Assembly: GCA_024679065.1 (NCBI GenBank)
Contig: JAGIQG010000003.1
Span: 94,178,001 to 94,242,000 of the forward strand
Origin: Sphyrna mokarran
Taxonomy: Eukaryota
Direction: 5' to 3'
DNA: 64,000 nucleotides
Positions 11,464-23,595 of the stretch are shown piece after piece. The stretch's first letter is position 1, and every line of letters begins with the position of its first letter. Made by a program: the position numbers and the translations under genes. The notes below the pieces were generated by a model, which saw only the letters and a program-made list of their open reading frames with translations, had not been told where the DNA came from and did not search any database.

Positions 11464-11904
11464 ATTTGACAGCAAGGAAAAAGGATTTCTGAGGTGCCAC
11501 ACTGTGTGCTACTTAAACCAATGAAGCTCCATTTACAAAGTGTTGCATGATTGAAGTCCAAAATGGTAGAAAGATAAACACCAGTGAATGTTTCTGCTGA
11601 TGTCGCAGCACATTATGTAACTAATCACATGGAGGTTTATTGCTTTACAATATATGACAGTAGCCAACCTTCCCTCTGACCTTCCCTGCTCCCCAACTCA
11701 TCCCCCTTTAACTTACCTTTGACCACTTCTCCAATTCCTCCCCCCACAACCCCCATGTGCAAATGCATCAGCATCCAGTTATTTCTAAAATTACATGAAT
11801 TATTCTGATTGTTTTTGAAGCAAGAATGTTCTCCCAACAATTGCTGTGCTGCCGATGACCTTCGAACAGCTATGCAGATTGCTGGCTTGATTTTTTTTTT
11901 AAAT

Positions 11905-12530
11905 CTGGCCCATAAAACTGCTGGAAGGTCAGAACCAGTAACACAGCTACTAGTGAAATTGGCCTGACACTGACTGACAGATTTTTAAAAAAAATTGGAA
12001 TCTTCAGCCTGAGCAATGCGTTTTTAGTAAGCCAGCTCTGGCTGCAGTCTGAGTGATGGGAAATTGTATTTACATCACGGGGCCTAATGCCCCATCCTAC
12101 CTCCCCTTCGTCTCTGTCTACACCCCAAGTCCTTGGCATGTCTTGTTTGACATTGTGCACCCACTTCTCTTGGGCTACTGGAGAAAGGTTAGTAGCCATG
12201 TCTTTAAGGAATATAACATATATCCTAAATTCCTGTGTTGAGGATCTGGTCTCTTGCTCCTCCTGCCTGCTGCTTGGAATTCCAGCCTTGCTGTAGATGT
12301 TATTGCCTTTCAAAGCTCCTGTACTACCCCCAATTCTACTGGATGCAGCCACCTTTTTAGACAGGGACATTTAGCAGAAATTTGATCACCCTATCTGATA
12401 TCTGAATGCAGAGTGCCCATTTTCCTTGCTATGTCCCCAGTGCCAATGACACCACCTCACTAAGTGCTAAGTCCCATGCACCCTCTAACCGGGCCAGGGT
12501 GATGCTTTGGGACAGTTTTCATTGGTTCCT
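11905..12530. mobile_element. Probable old non-autonomous DNA-transposon remnant
   Basis: GC-richer block with C-runs, similar in texture to the other Harbinger-type derivatives; no clear TIR pair. Confidence 0.25.
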
Positions 12531-12789
12531 CACTGTATATCCACTTTTCTTCAATCGTTCGACAACAGATAAATTTCAACAGGAGCACACAAGTTTCAAA
12601 GGTTATGTGCAGCTTTGAATATCACACTCTTCTCATCAGCAAGCTCTCAGTCTCACTTGGGAGGACTTTTGCAAGTGCCAGGCTTGGTGCCTTAAAATTG
12701 ACACTCCGTACTTGCCTTTCTTTTCAGGCCTACCCTTTAGAAGTCCCTGTAAATTCAGTTCAGTGTGCACAATATATTTCATCACACTT

Positions 12790-13820
12790 GCATTTTGAAT
12801 ATTTAAAAAAAATGTAATAAACATAAATAAGCTAAAAGATTGGAATTGCCAACAAAGCATTTCAAAATATGAAAAAGGTGATGAACTCAAACTTAGCCAT
12901 GAAAACAGCTGAGAATCCTGAATTACTGTTCACACCAATTTTGACATTGCAAGTGAGCGTTGGATGACCAGCAAAACAATGCAGAGAAGAATCGATGCTT
13001 CCAAGTTGTGGTTTTTGACCAAATAATGAAGATGTCTTGAACTGGTGAAACAACCAATGAATAGGGGCAAGTAAAATCTTGAGCATGTTATAGGAAATCA
13101 TGACCTGGAAAGTTTGATGCAAGTGGGAAAGATTAGTTTTATTATTGTCATGTATTAGTATAAAGTACTACTCTTTGCAAGCTATATATACAAAGCATAC
13201 CGTACATAGAGAACAAAGGAAAGGAGTACAGAATGTAGTATTACAGTCATAGCTAGGATGTAGACAAAGATTAACTTAATATGAGGTAGGTCCATTCAAG
13301 AGTCTGATGGCAACAGGAAAGAAGCTGTTCTCGAATAAGTTGGTACGTGATCTAAGATTTTGTATCTTCTCGACAGAAGAAGTGGAAGAGAGTATGTCCA
13401 AGATGCGTGAGGTCCTTAATTATGCTGGCTGCTTTTCTGAGGCAGCAGGAAGTGTAGACAGTGTCAATGGATGGAAGGCTGATCTGATTTGCATGATGGA
13501 CTGGGCTTTGTTCATGATCTTTTGTAGTTTTTTGTACTTATGGACAAAGCAGGAACCATATACCAAGTATCACACAAACAGAAAGGGTGCTTTTTATGGA
13601 ACGTCTATAAAACTTGGTGAGAGTTGCAGCAAACATTTCCTTAGTCTCCTGAGAAAGTAGAGGCAGTGGTGGGCTTTCTTAATTATAGGGTCGGGTTAAA
13701 GGATCTGGACACCTAGAACCCTGAAGCTTTCGACCACTTTCACTTCATCCCCATTGATGTAGACAGGAATGTAGACTGATGGTAAAGGAGATAGAGGAAC
13801 ACACAGAATGACCTTTCCAA
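12790..13820 (+). mobile_element. RTE-clade LINE RT C-terminal fragment (interrupted at ~13135-13772)
   Basis: IGIANKAFQNMKKVMNSNLAMKT..LRILN...ASERWMTSKTMQRRIDASKLWFL...LESLMQVGK | DGKGDRGTHRMTF; reading continues across the inserted element. Confidence 0.7.
13135..13772 (-). mobile_element. Rex1/Babar-type LINE 3' end
   Basis: Minus strand: PVYINGDEVKVVESFRVLGVQI...KKAHHCLYFLRRLRK...NSFFPVAIRLLN; 3' UTR ending atacatgacaataataaaact. Confidence 0.75.
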
Positions 13821-13825
13821 TTTTT

Positions 13826-14182
13826 AAAATTCATTCATAGGGTATGGGCATTGCTGGCTGGCCAGCATTTATTGCCCATCCCTGATAGCCTGTGGGCAGT
13901 TGACAATCAACCACATTACTGTGGCTTTGGAGTTGAATTGTAGGCCAAACCAAGTAAGATCAGTAGGTTTCATTCCCTAAAAGACATTAGTGAACAAATG
14001 GATTTTTTCGACGATCAACAATGCTTTCACGGGCCTTCAATAGATTCTTAATTCCAGATTTTTTTTTGTTGAAATCAGTAATGATGATCTGCCATGGTGG
14101 GATTTGAACATGGCTCCCTAGAACATTAGCTGAGTTTCTGGATTAATAGTCTAGCAATATTACCAGCAGGCCATTGTCTCCC
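13826..14182 (-). mobile_element. tRNA-head SINE ('family B'), near full length
   Basis: Minus strand starts gggagacaatggcctgctggtaat..., B-box-like tgttcaaatccc, body cactaatgtcttttaggg..., tail gggcaataaatgctggccagccagcaatgccc. Confidence 0.8.
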
Positions 14183-14408
14183 CATAAATAACCTTGCAAA
14201 CTAGATATATGTACCACCAATCAAAATATATACACATGTATATAGAATTTATCTCGTATTTGGCACTGCCAATAAGAGATTGAATTCGAACAATATAGTT
14301 TTTTTTATTTTAAGTGTAAGTTATGAAGTTCTTGATATCGTTAATTTCAGTTCTTGGTGAAATAATTGAAACTTTTGTTTCCAGTATTCGCTATTTTCTA
14401 GTATCCAG

Positions 14409-14700
14409 AATCATAAAATCCCTGCAGTGCAGGAAGAGGCCATTTGGCTCTTTGAGTCTGGACTGATTCTCTGACAGAGCGTCTCACCCAGGCCCTATCC
14501 CTGTAACCCCAAGTTTTCACCCTGCTAATCACCCTAACCTTCACATCCTGGGATAGGGAAGGACAATTTAGCAAGGCCAATCCACCTAACATGCACACCT
14601 TTTGGATTTTGGAGGGAAGCTGGAGCACCCTGTGGAAATCCATGCAAGCACAGGGAGAAAACGTGCAGCTCTACACAGCTACCCAAGGCTGGAATATTGA
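14409..14700 (-). mobile_element. HE1-type (V-SINE) shark SINE
   Basis: Minus strand ...gtgtgcatgttaggtggattggccttgctaaattgtcc...gccaaatggcctcttcctgcactgcagggattttatgatt; homologous to 62645-62982. Confidence 0.85.
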
Positions 14701-16038
14701 AGCATTGTTTTAATTAGTATAATAGATTAAAGATTATGAAGATTTAATTCCATGTCATCAAAATAAGAAGCAACCCAGTATTCTCTCTCTTAATCTCTTC
14801 TTTCTGTAAAGTTCTTGGTTAAAGTGCATTAATGTTAAATGTTGTCAGAGAGAGTTAATTGGCAGTTTCTGTTATTTGAAGGTATTATTATGTCACTATG
14901 CTGTCAGGGTGTGCATTAAACCATGCTGATGAGTGAATCGATCTGAATTTCAGGAGACTGAGCAAACTCTGTTGACATTTTTGACAACTTAGTTAGATTT
15001 GGTTTTTCTCTTTACAATTTGAAATCGCAACCATTCATGTGCAACCATACTTGTGGGAAAGTATATTTTTATAATCCCCTCAAATTGCACATACTTTGAG
15101 TTGTTTGATCTAGATATTACAGAAGATTACCTTACTCAGCATGATCTTGTGAAGAAGCGAGTTAGAATTTAACTACATAAATAAGTATGGCTAATTAATA
15201 GTTTAATCCACAAAGAATATTGATCTTTCAGTTAGCATTAAAGGATGTATTGAACTTTCTGGCGTTAACATCTGATTGAATATTGCTGACTATAGTTTTG
15301 CCTTAAACAATGTTGAATAATTTAATAGGAATCAATGCAAACATTTATTTTACAACAAAATTATATTCAAGCTGATTTTGGTTTTGCTCAGCCCAATTTC
15401 TGTTCGACATGGAGTGATGGTGAGCCAAGATTAGTGAAGGACTTGCGCTTCATTTTGGACTATATACAACATGCTGCAAACTTGGAGACAATCAAGGCCA
15501 AGGTTGTTGCTGGAGATGGTGTTATTATTACATACATCTTATGACACATACAAGAACCTGATGTAAAATCTGAATTGTTAACTAGCAACACCGAGGTGTC
15601 CACAAAGTAATGCCCATTAAGTTGAATACGCTGCGCTCAAACCAATTGTTAATAAACGGATTGCTGGAGATTGGGCCTAAAAGTTGATGACTAGCTGTTT
15701 TTTAAGATTCCACACAGGAGCAAGAACCCATTGCTGGAACTTTAACGTCAGCCGCACTAAGCAGTTGCTGGGCTTTCCACGTGGAACCAAAACTTGATTA
15801 TGCTTTGGGAGCAGATCCAAGATTTCTCGCATCCTCTGCCATTCGGCTATCTTTTCATTTAGCACTGAAAGTTTGCAAATTTAATTTTCATGAGCCCTAA
15901 CCCAAGAGAACTTAATTGAATATTAGTTGACTTTTTCTGATAAAGGGTTCCATATGAAAACAAATCTCATTAACTGCTGTTGACTTCAATTTGCATAATT
16001 TTAATTTGTTCTTGGCCACTGAGCAAAACTAGAAAGGG

Positions 16039-16243
16039 AGCATTTATTGCTCATACACATTCCATTGACTAGCCATGACAGTCCTTTTCCTAGAGCCTTC
16101 CTGGTTTTGTGTTGATAGTAGTACCCTGGGGTTTTAAATAAGAATTTCCAGATTTTTGACTCCAGGGTGATGAAGACAGGATCCGTGTCTAAGTCGGGAT
16201 AATGTTACTTGGATGGAACTTGCAGATAAGTATTATCTTGATG
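16039..16243 (-). mobile_element. Decayed 3' end of the family-B LINE
   Basis: agcatttattgctcat...gaatttccagatttttgactccagggtgatgaag...ggaacttgcag aligns to 54890-55085. Confidence 0.5.
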
Positions 16244-16539
16244 TTTCAAATAACTTATTGTGACTATGTAAGTTTGAAATCTTTCCGTTATAAATTAAGT
16301 CCCTATTTTTTGCTTGACAAATAAAAGTTAGCTTGGTTATAATTGGAAAAAAATGAAACTTAATTGAGCAATGAATTTATCAGTCAAAACTGAATTTCTT
16401 GTAAAATTAATTTTTTGCCATAATCCTGTAAAAAGTCAAACCCTTTCCATCATGTGATACAAAAGTGGCTATCATAGTATCGCTAGAAATGGAAATTATT
16501 GGTGCTGACTTAGTTCTTTAGCATCCCAATGTAAACACT

Positions 16540-17030
16540 GGCCAAAGTTTTCATAGAAATAATCCTGTTGCTGGGACCCAAAACGGGACCCAGTTGCCCA
16601 GGGGCAGGTGGCAGGTTCTTGATCACATTTTACTATGATTGGCAGCCTGTCTTTCAGTGCCAAATCAGACAGTCAGCAGTCATGGCAGAGCCAATAATGT
16701 TTGATGCCAAGGCTATGGATAGGCAGAGAGAGCACTTCCATGACAAGTGAAGATTTTTTTTCTATTATTCTCAGGACTGGCAGGACAACCTGATGATCAA
16801 TGAATGAGGGAGACATGAGGTGAACCCTCTATCACTGATATCATGAGTGACTACATGAGGGACATGAGGGACTATTGATGCTGGGAGGCATTCAATTGGA
16901 CCACTGGAAAAAAACCTCCCCCCACCCATCCACATTCCACTGCTTTAGGAATTCACTGGAAGACCATCAGCTTTAGTGATGAACTTCATGCTGTGGTAAT
17001 ATCCTGTGGTGGTGGGAAGATATTGGGTAA
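16540..17030. mobile_element. Probable Harbinger-type non-autonomous element
   Basis: Starts ggccaaagttttc; GC-richer body like other copies; right end uncertain. Confidence 0.3.
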
Positions 17031-17419
17031 TACTTATCTGGGGGATGCTAGAAGCAGATGCCAGATGCCAGTCGTGTTGAAGGTGATCGTTCCCTATCTT
17101 GTAATTTACCTTTCAGAGATAGCAGCATCATATCACAAGAAGGCAAATGGGTCATGTGATCCAGTCTCAGTTGGCCTATGAGCAGAGCATATGACAACCC
17201 TTGCATAACAGTTCCTTTGTGCCTATTCTTAATAAGTAACTCAGTGTATTTATCAAATCCATTGTGAGTATTTAGTATCATCATAGCAAACACAAAATGA
17301 TAAGCAGAGGTCAAAGTGTCACTGCAAGATTTATTATAGGAATGGCACAGCAAATGGCCTTAGATCATACCAACAGACTGAAACAAACTTCCATGTTTTT
17401 GTCGCATGACAACAAAGCT

Positions 17420-18660
17420 GTAGTTTCAGAGAGTGTTTACGTCACAGTGTACTAACTGTGCAGAAAACCTTTACTTGACATGGTGGTCAAGTAAAGAGCT
17501 GGTAAGTAGGGAATAATTGTGGTGAATCCTTGAATTCAGTAAGTGGGGTAGTGTGTCAAGAGGTCCAGCATTGGTTAGCTCAGTCAAGAGAAGTGACTTG
17601 CAAGGGTTTGGCCTGTATAAATAATGAATAAGAGAGAGTCAACTAAAGAAACAAGACCATAAAAATCAGGCCAGAGAAAATTGCAATTATAATGGACCCA
17701 GCTTCAAAAAAGCGAGTGAAACTGGCTACAGCAATAGTCATCCCAGCTACTAGGGGAGAAGGAAAGTCAGAGTGATATTGTCAAAATTTTCACAAAATTC
17801 TCTTGTCTGAATTGGGATGCAGATGATCTATCCAAGCAGTGTACAGTGCACTGGTTTCTTGACTCAGGTGTGTTTGAATCAGACATGCAAGCTATAAAAA
17901 CTGGCTGAACAGTTGGGAATGAAAATCTACGCAGGCTGAACACATCAGGATTAACAGAAGAAGAGCTAAAAGTTAGAAGCCACATTGGAAGACTAGCTCA
18001 GTATAAGGTTAAACTTCTGTACGCATCAATTAGAATTCATGCCATTTTGACAACAGCCTAAATAAACCAAAAATCACTTCATCTGTAGATGCAGAGAAAT
18101 GGCAAATATTGTGACACTTTGAATGCAAAAGCAACTGTTGAGTTACTCACTGTATCTACTCCCATGAAAGCTTTCCAGAATGATCTACTAAACAAGCCCA
18201 AAACACAATGTTGAAGAATTCAACGATGGTGAACAGAATTATGAAGTTCAATGGAAGTCAATAAAACCTCCAGGTCTTTGGACAACCTCCATTGTTGACA
18301 CAGTCAGTGGAACACCAAGCTGAGCAAAGCAAATGGACAATATGTCCTTCCACATGCAACACATGTGCCCAGCTTTCCATCAATCCTGCAAATCATGTAG
18401 CAAAAATAGCCATTGGCAATAACAGTGAGTGAAGGCTTTTTGATGCAGTTATGAAGAGTCATGCACTAATCCAAACAGGTCATAAACAATGGATACCTTC
18501 AAGCAAGAGGAATTACCATCCAGCATTCCATCAGATAAAATATATATGAGGTGATTGACAAACTGGAAAATGACAATGATGTGCATGATGAAATGAAGAG
18601 CAATGAGCACATTTCACATGGTCAGTCTTCCAGAAAACATGGCTAACATCACACTGTCTG
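17420..18660 (+). mobile_element. Ty3/Gypsy fragment: LTR end, PBS-like site and decayed gag
   Basis: ...ttgaca|tggtggtcaag at 17480; gag-like FSCLNWDADDLSK...VGNENLRRLNTSGLTEEELK...; Zn-knuckle CPAFHQSCKSCSKNSHW at ~18364-18417. Confidence 0.65.
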
Positions 18661-18974
18661 CAGAAGCTGGATACGTTGTTGAGGTGGTGGATGAGAGAAA
18701 ATAGACATTTTGACTATATGTAAATTGCAACATTTTGGAAATATATTCTAAATAGTTATAGATTTTCACACATTAAAGTTGCTGTTTCATTATATGCATG
18801 GTTCATATTTTACTTTACACAACTAATTACCAAAATGACCCAATGATATCTGTCATTGACACAATTGCCTCTGCTCTCAGACACTGACAAATTGCTCCTC
18901 TTTTTTGATTCCAAGGAGGTGGATTCAGACTTATCATTTCTTGAGTGTTTGGTTTTGAGGGTCGTGGTGACTGG

Positions 18975-19645
18975 GAAATGGTGGTATACAAAGGGATCTG
19001 AGTATCCTTAGGAAGGCAAATGGTATATTGGGCTTCATTTCAAGAGGACTTGAGTACAGGTGCAAGGATATGTTACAGCAGCTGTATGGGCCTTGATGAG
19101 AGCATACCTTGAGTCTTGTGTGCAGTTTTTGTCTCACCTCAGAAAGATTATATTTGCTAAAGAGGGAGTGCAGCAAAGATTCACCAGATTGATTCCTAGG
19201 ATGCAGGAGTATTGTATGAGGAGAGATTCGCTCAACTAAGCCTGTATTCAGTGGAATTCAGAAGAATGCAGGGGATCGAATTAAAATATATAAAACCTTG
19301 ACAGGGCTGGTCAGACTGGATGCAGGGATGTGATCTCCTCTGGCTGAGCGGTCTTGAGCAAAAGATTACAGTTTCAGGATACAGGGTAAGCCAATAGGAG
19401 TGAGATGACAAGAGTGGTGAGCCTGTGGAATTCACTACCATAGAAAGCTGACTATATTACTGACTATATTAAAAAAGAAATAGATTTCTAGGCTCTAAAG
19501 GCATCAATATGTATAGGGAGAGTGCAGGAATGTGGCATTAAATTAGGAGATAAGCTGTGATTGTTTTATTTGATAGAGCATGCTCAGAGGGCCGAATGGT
19601 TGACTATTGCTCCTATTTTTTATGTTTCTTTATCTATGTTTCTAT
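18975..19645 (+). mobile_element. CR1 LINE 3' end
   Basis: RKANGILGFISRGLEYRCKD...VQQRFTRLIP...; tail gctcctattttttatgtttctttatctatgtttctat. Confidence 0.85.
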
Positions 19646-19854
19646 CAGCAAAAGACTAATACAGCAAGTAATGAAAAGATAGACTAGAGTGTCAACATTG
19701 GTTTGAATCAGTGGACACAGCAATCAAAGTTTCTTTTACGAAGAGTATGCAACCAGTGAGCCAGCTCACAAAGTGCAACAGTACTTCAGCCAACATCTAA
19801 CTCAACTTGCATTACAATGCGAGTTATCTCTGGATAGATCTTTAACATGATTTA

Positions 19855-19970
19855 AAATGCTGAGGAAATTACAAACACAAAGGGACTTAGAAGTCATTGT
19901 TCAAGATATTCTGAAGGTTAACATCCAGGTTCAGTCAGCAGTTTGGAAGGCAAATGAAATCTTAGCATTT
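19855..19970 (+). mobile_element. CR1 RT fragment
   Basis: QTQRDLEVIVQDILKVNIQVQSAVWKANEILAF (ORF 19857+). Confidence 0.75.
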
Positions 19971-22435
19971 GTGTGCCCAAATTCCAAAGCACATCTTGGA
20001 CAAACTGTCACAATGATTTGCAATATATACTTTATTACAAGGTGGTGTATTCTGCAATCAAGAGCAAGAATTGCAAAACCAGTTTGTTGAAATTTTGAGT
20101 ATTAATTTAAAACATTCAAAGAAAACTTAAACCACAATAATAAATGTATGCAATTAAAAGTAATTCTCCAAACATTTCCCAAAAGATTTATGCTTGGTCA
20201 AACTCCGAGCTAGTCATCCCTTTTCAGGCAACAACCCCTATTGATCTTGAATCTATAAAAATCCCACTAAGATTCCCACAAGACAACTACTGTTGCTTTT
20301 GGAGAATTATTTCACAGGACTTATCTCTCTGACTCGATAGTGGGAATCTAAGACTTTTGTCAAAGCCTGAAGGAAACACTTTTCTCTGCAAGAGTGGTTA
20401 AGACTCACTTTTTCTTTGTTTCGAGCTTTCTAATGAGCACGTTACACTCTTCTGGATATGCTGGCCAATCCCGTCCATACAGCTTCCAATCACTTTTTTT
20501 AGTTTTCATGTTTAAATATATTGTCCTAAATTTCTTTGCAAGTCCAATTCTCTGAATATAAAAAAAGGGGTTTATTTTTATGACTACTGCTTCTGGGGTA
20601 AAAATAAATTTAATATTTTGCTTTACTCATAATCTTTGCCAGTTGTAAATTTTTCCTTTTCAAATACAAAAACTGAATCACATGTAGACACACATGTGCA
20701 TGTGGACAAATGCATATGTGTGTGTGGACACACGGATGCACTGGTAGGCATATGGGAAATAGGATATTTATTTACAGTTGGCACTTTTAACAGCCTTTTG
20801 AGGATGGAAAGGACCCATCTCTGCCCTATTGGAATTGATTCTCCCTTCCAAGTTACAAAATATGCCACAAAGTGCATTTGGAGACAAGCACATGTTTGGG
20901 ATACCACAAAAGGGCCATCCTGATGCAAAAATCCAGCCGATTATCTCTAGTTTAAAGTTTAATTTCAAGATCACTAGTCCTAGTGAGACAGCAAATGTTC
21001 AGAAATGGTTTGGGGCATATTTTCATCAGTAAAGAGAATAAGTTTAACATTAACGACCATTGGGATTTGCAGCTTCATCCCCTAACTTTAAATATATTTA
21101 AATTTGAATAGTAATATTAATTTGCATCATAAACCTGAATATTACTTTGCAGTATGGCACCCTAAAATGAAAGTATAAAATTTAGCCTTAATTATTTTAG
21201 TTCAGTTAATATGACAATTAATTATAAGCTGAATATGGAATTTTTATCTAATGCTTCAGCCCCAGGGTTTTAATTAGTTATGCAGCTTTCTTCAATGAAG
21301 ATTTCCTGATGAAAATGAAGTAGAAGCATTCTTAAAACATGAGAAATAGAAAATCCAAGTCTAAGTGATTCCAAATATTTGAAATAGGTACACACCTTGT
21401 TAATGGGACATTAATAGAGTTATGAGATTAAAATGCTTCCTTAAGCATGACATTGAGTATTAAAATTCTTTATGAATTATTCGGGTTTTGTTTTACAAAC
21501 ATTGAATTTACTCACTGTTAAGTGCCGATAGAAGCAACAAAAGGTAGCAATGATGGTGACAAATGACTTAACATGATGCAGTTGTTTTAAAATGTTTTTG
21601 TGTTCATGGTGCAAAGAAGATAATATATCTTATAGTTTATAACTTTTTTTTGTTAAGTGTTGTGTCAATTAAGATATCTTTGCTGGATTTTGGGATGAGA
21701 ACCGAAGTCCTGACCATAAACTGTGACAGTTCAAACTGGACTACTTTATGTTTCAGTTTACTTGGCTTGTGGTGCAAATCCATTACTCTTCTTTGATACA
21801 TCTCATTCTGATTGCAGATGTGCTTAAAGGATCATGTTACTCCTCTACTTTAATTATGTGGTTCAAGTCATAGATATAAGTAGAGACAATTTGAAGGATA
21901 TCAACATTTGTTCCATTTTTGTACCTGGTAGGTGAGTGACAGCTGACAGGTAGAGTGGGAGTTTTCATCTCTTGTGCTGTAGTAATGAACCACATGCCTA
22001 TTTTGTCTCTTGGTGATGTAATGCAAATGTTGCTATCACTAATTTCAACTGTGTTCGTCAGATTTTTATACAATGTTGGATATAATTGTGCCCCTAAGAA
22101 ACATAACTGTTTTCCTTCACAAACTTACCCTAATATTGTCTACTTGGAGTTTTTGCTTTTGTGATTTGTTCCATGTGGCCTGCCATGCAGCAGAGGAGGA
22201 CAGACCTTCTTAACTTAGAATTAACTTAAAATAGAAGAATACAGATCATGTAGAGGCAGAGGTCTTTAGTTTAGAAAGCTGTCAGTGCAGGTTTGGCGGG
22301 CCTGTTGTTCTGTTCTGCTCTTTGTTTTCATGGATTGGATCTGGATCCTACTGGATCTGAGAGTTAATGGCTCGGTATTCTATAGCATTTATTGCAGGAC
22401 ATTTCCCAGGTGGCACATACGGATTTTTCATTGAA

Positions 22436-22651
22436 AAGTTCAAAGATGTGCAGGGTAGATGGATTGGAGCCTTGCTAAATTGCCCCTTTAGTGTCCCAAG
22501 ACGTATAGATTAGATGGATTAGCCAAGGTTGATGGGTGGAGTTATGGAAGTATGTGGGGGAGAAAGACCTGGGTGAGATAGAATTCTATGATTCTAAGAC
22601 ACTCTGTCAGAAGGTTGGTGCAGACTGTTCTGAACTGTAGGGATTCTATGA
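22436..22651 (+). mobile_element. HE1-type SINE, 5'-truncated
   Basis: caaagatgtgcagggtagatggattgg..ttgctaaattgcccctttagtgtccc...ctgtagggattctatga. Confidence 0.75.
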
Positions 22652-23284
22652 AAAGACCTTTCATTATACTCTTAGCGTTCTACATTTTATATGATTTACT
22701 TTTACAGTATAGTCTCAGGTTCTTCCAGTTTCTTCCAGGTCAATTAATTCCACTTAGAATTCCCAGCATAATATTTCCTATTTGTACTTGTTGAAACATT
22801 TCACTAGTTTCCACTGATTAATTTTGCAGTTGAATCATAACCATAATTTATTATTTATAGTATTTTGGTTGTGCAGAACTTGAGTATTGCTGAAAAAAGA
22901 GACATGTTGAAGATTTTCTTCTTTCAGTCATCAGGACACTTTGCAAGAATACCAATGCAAGGGGAAAAAAAACAACAATTTATATTGTATAGGAAGAAAG
23001 TGCTAATTGGTTAGTAAGTGGATTCTGATTGGCATTCTCCATTTCAAATCATTGGATCAGAGTTTATTTGATGTTCTTTCTACGCTGGAAACAACAGATG
23101 GTTTTTATATCTCAGCTGGACAGATTCCATTTCTCATTGTTTAAAATAACTTGTAGCTTTCAATGACATTCGAACATTATTTAGATGATTGTTAATGAAA
23201 ACAGCATAAAATTCAACCGAGGCAACTGGTTTGATGGGATACTTTATTGGTCTACAACAGGAAGTTTTGACTGCTGTAGTCTCT

Positions 23285-23595
23285 GTGGTGATGGTGCTTC
23301 CACAAATGTGAGGTAAGGAGTTCCAGCATATTGACCCAGTAAAAATCAAGGAAAGACTGCAAGTATCTAAATCAGGAATGTGTTCTTCTCAGTTAATAAC
23401 TTAAAGGTGACAGCATTCTCATTACATTGTTGCTGCTCTTCCTTCTTGATAGAGTTTGCAGGGGATGAAAGTACTCTCAAAGTAATCTTGAGGTTGTAAA
23501 TTGTACATACTGCAGTTACAGCTGGACATTTAAATCAAGTTAAAAGGCCACCAATTGAATGAAATTACTTTATCTGGAATGAAGTTGAGCTTTAG
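23285..23595 (-). mobile_element. Very decayed family-B LINE 3' fragment
   Basis: ggagttccagcatattgacccagt...aaatcagga...gctgctcttccttcttgat...ttgtacatactgcag aligns loosely to 54980-55210. Confidence 0.4.

Noticed and set aside
11870-12370. 166-aa minus-strand ORF
   Set aside because: No recognisable domain; lies in a GC-richer, probably repeat-derived block where chance ORFs are longer
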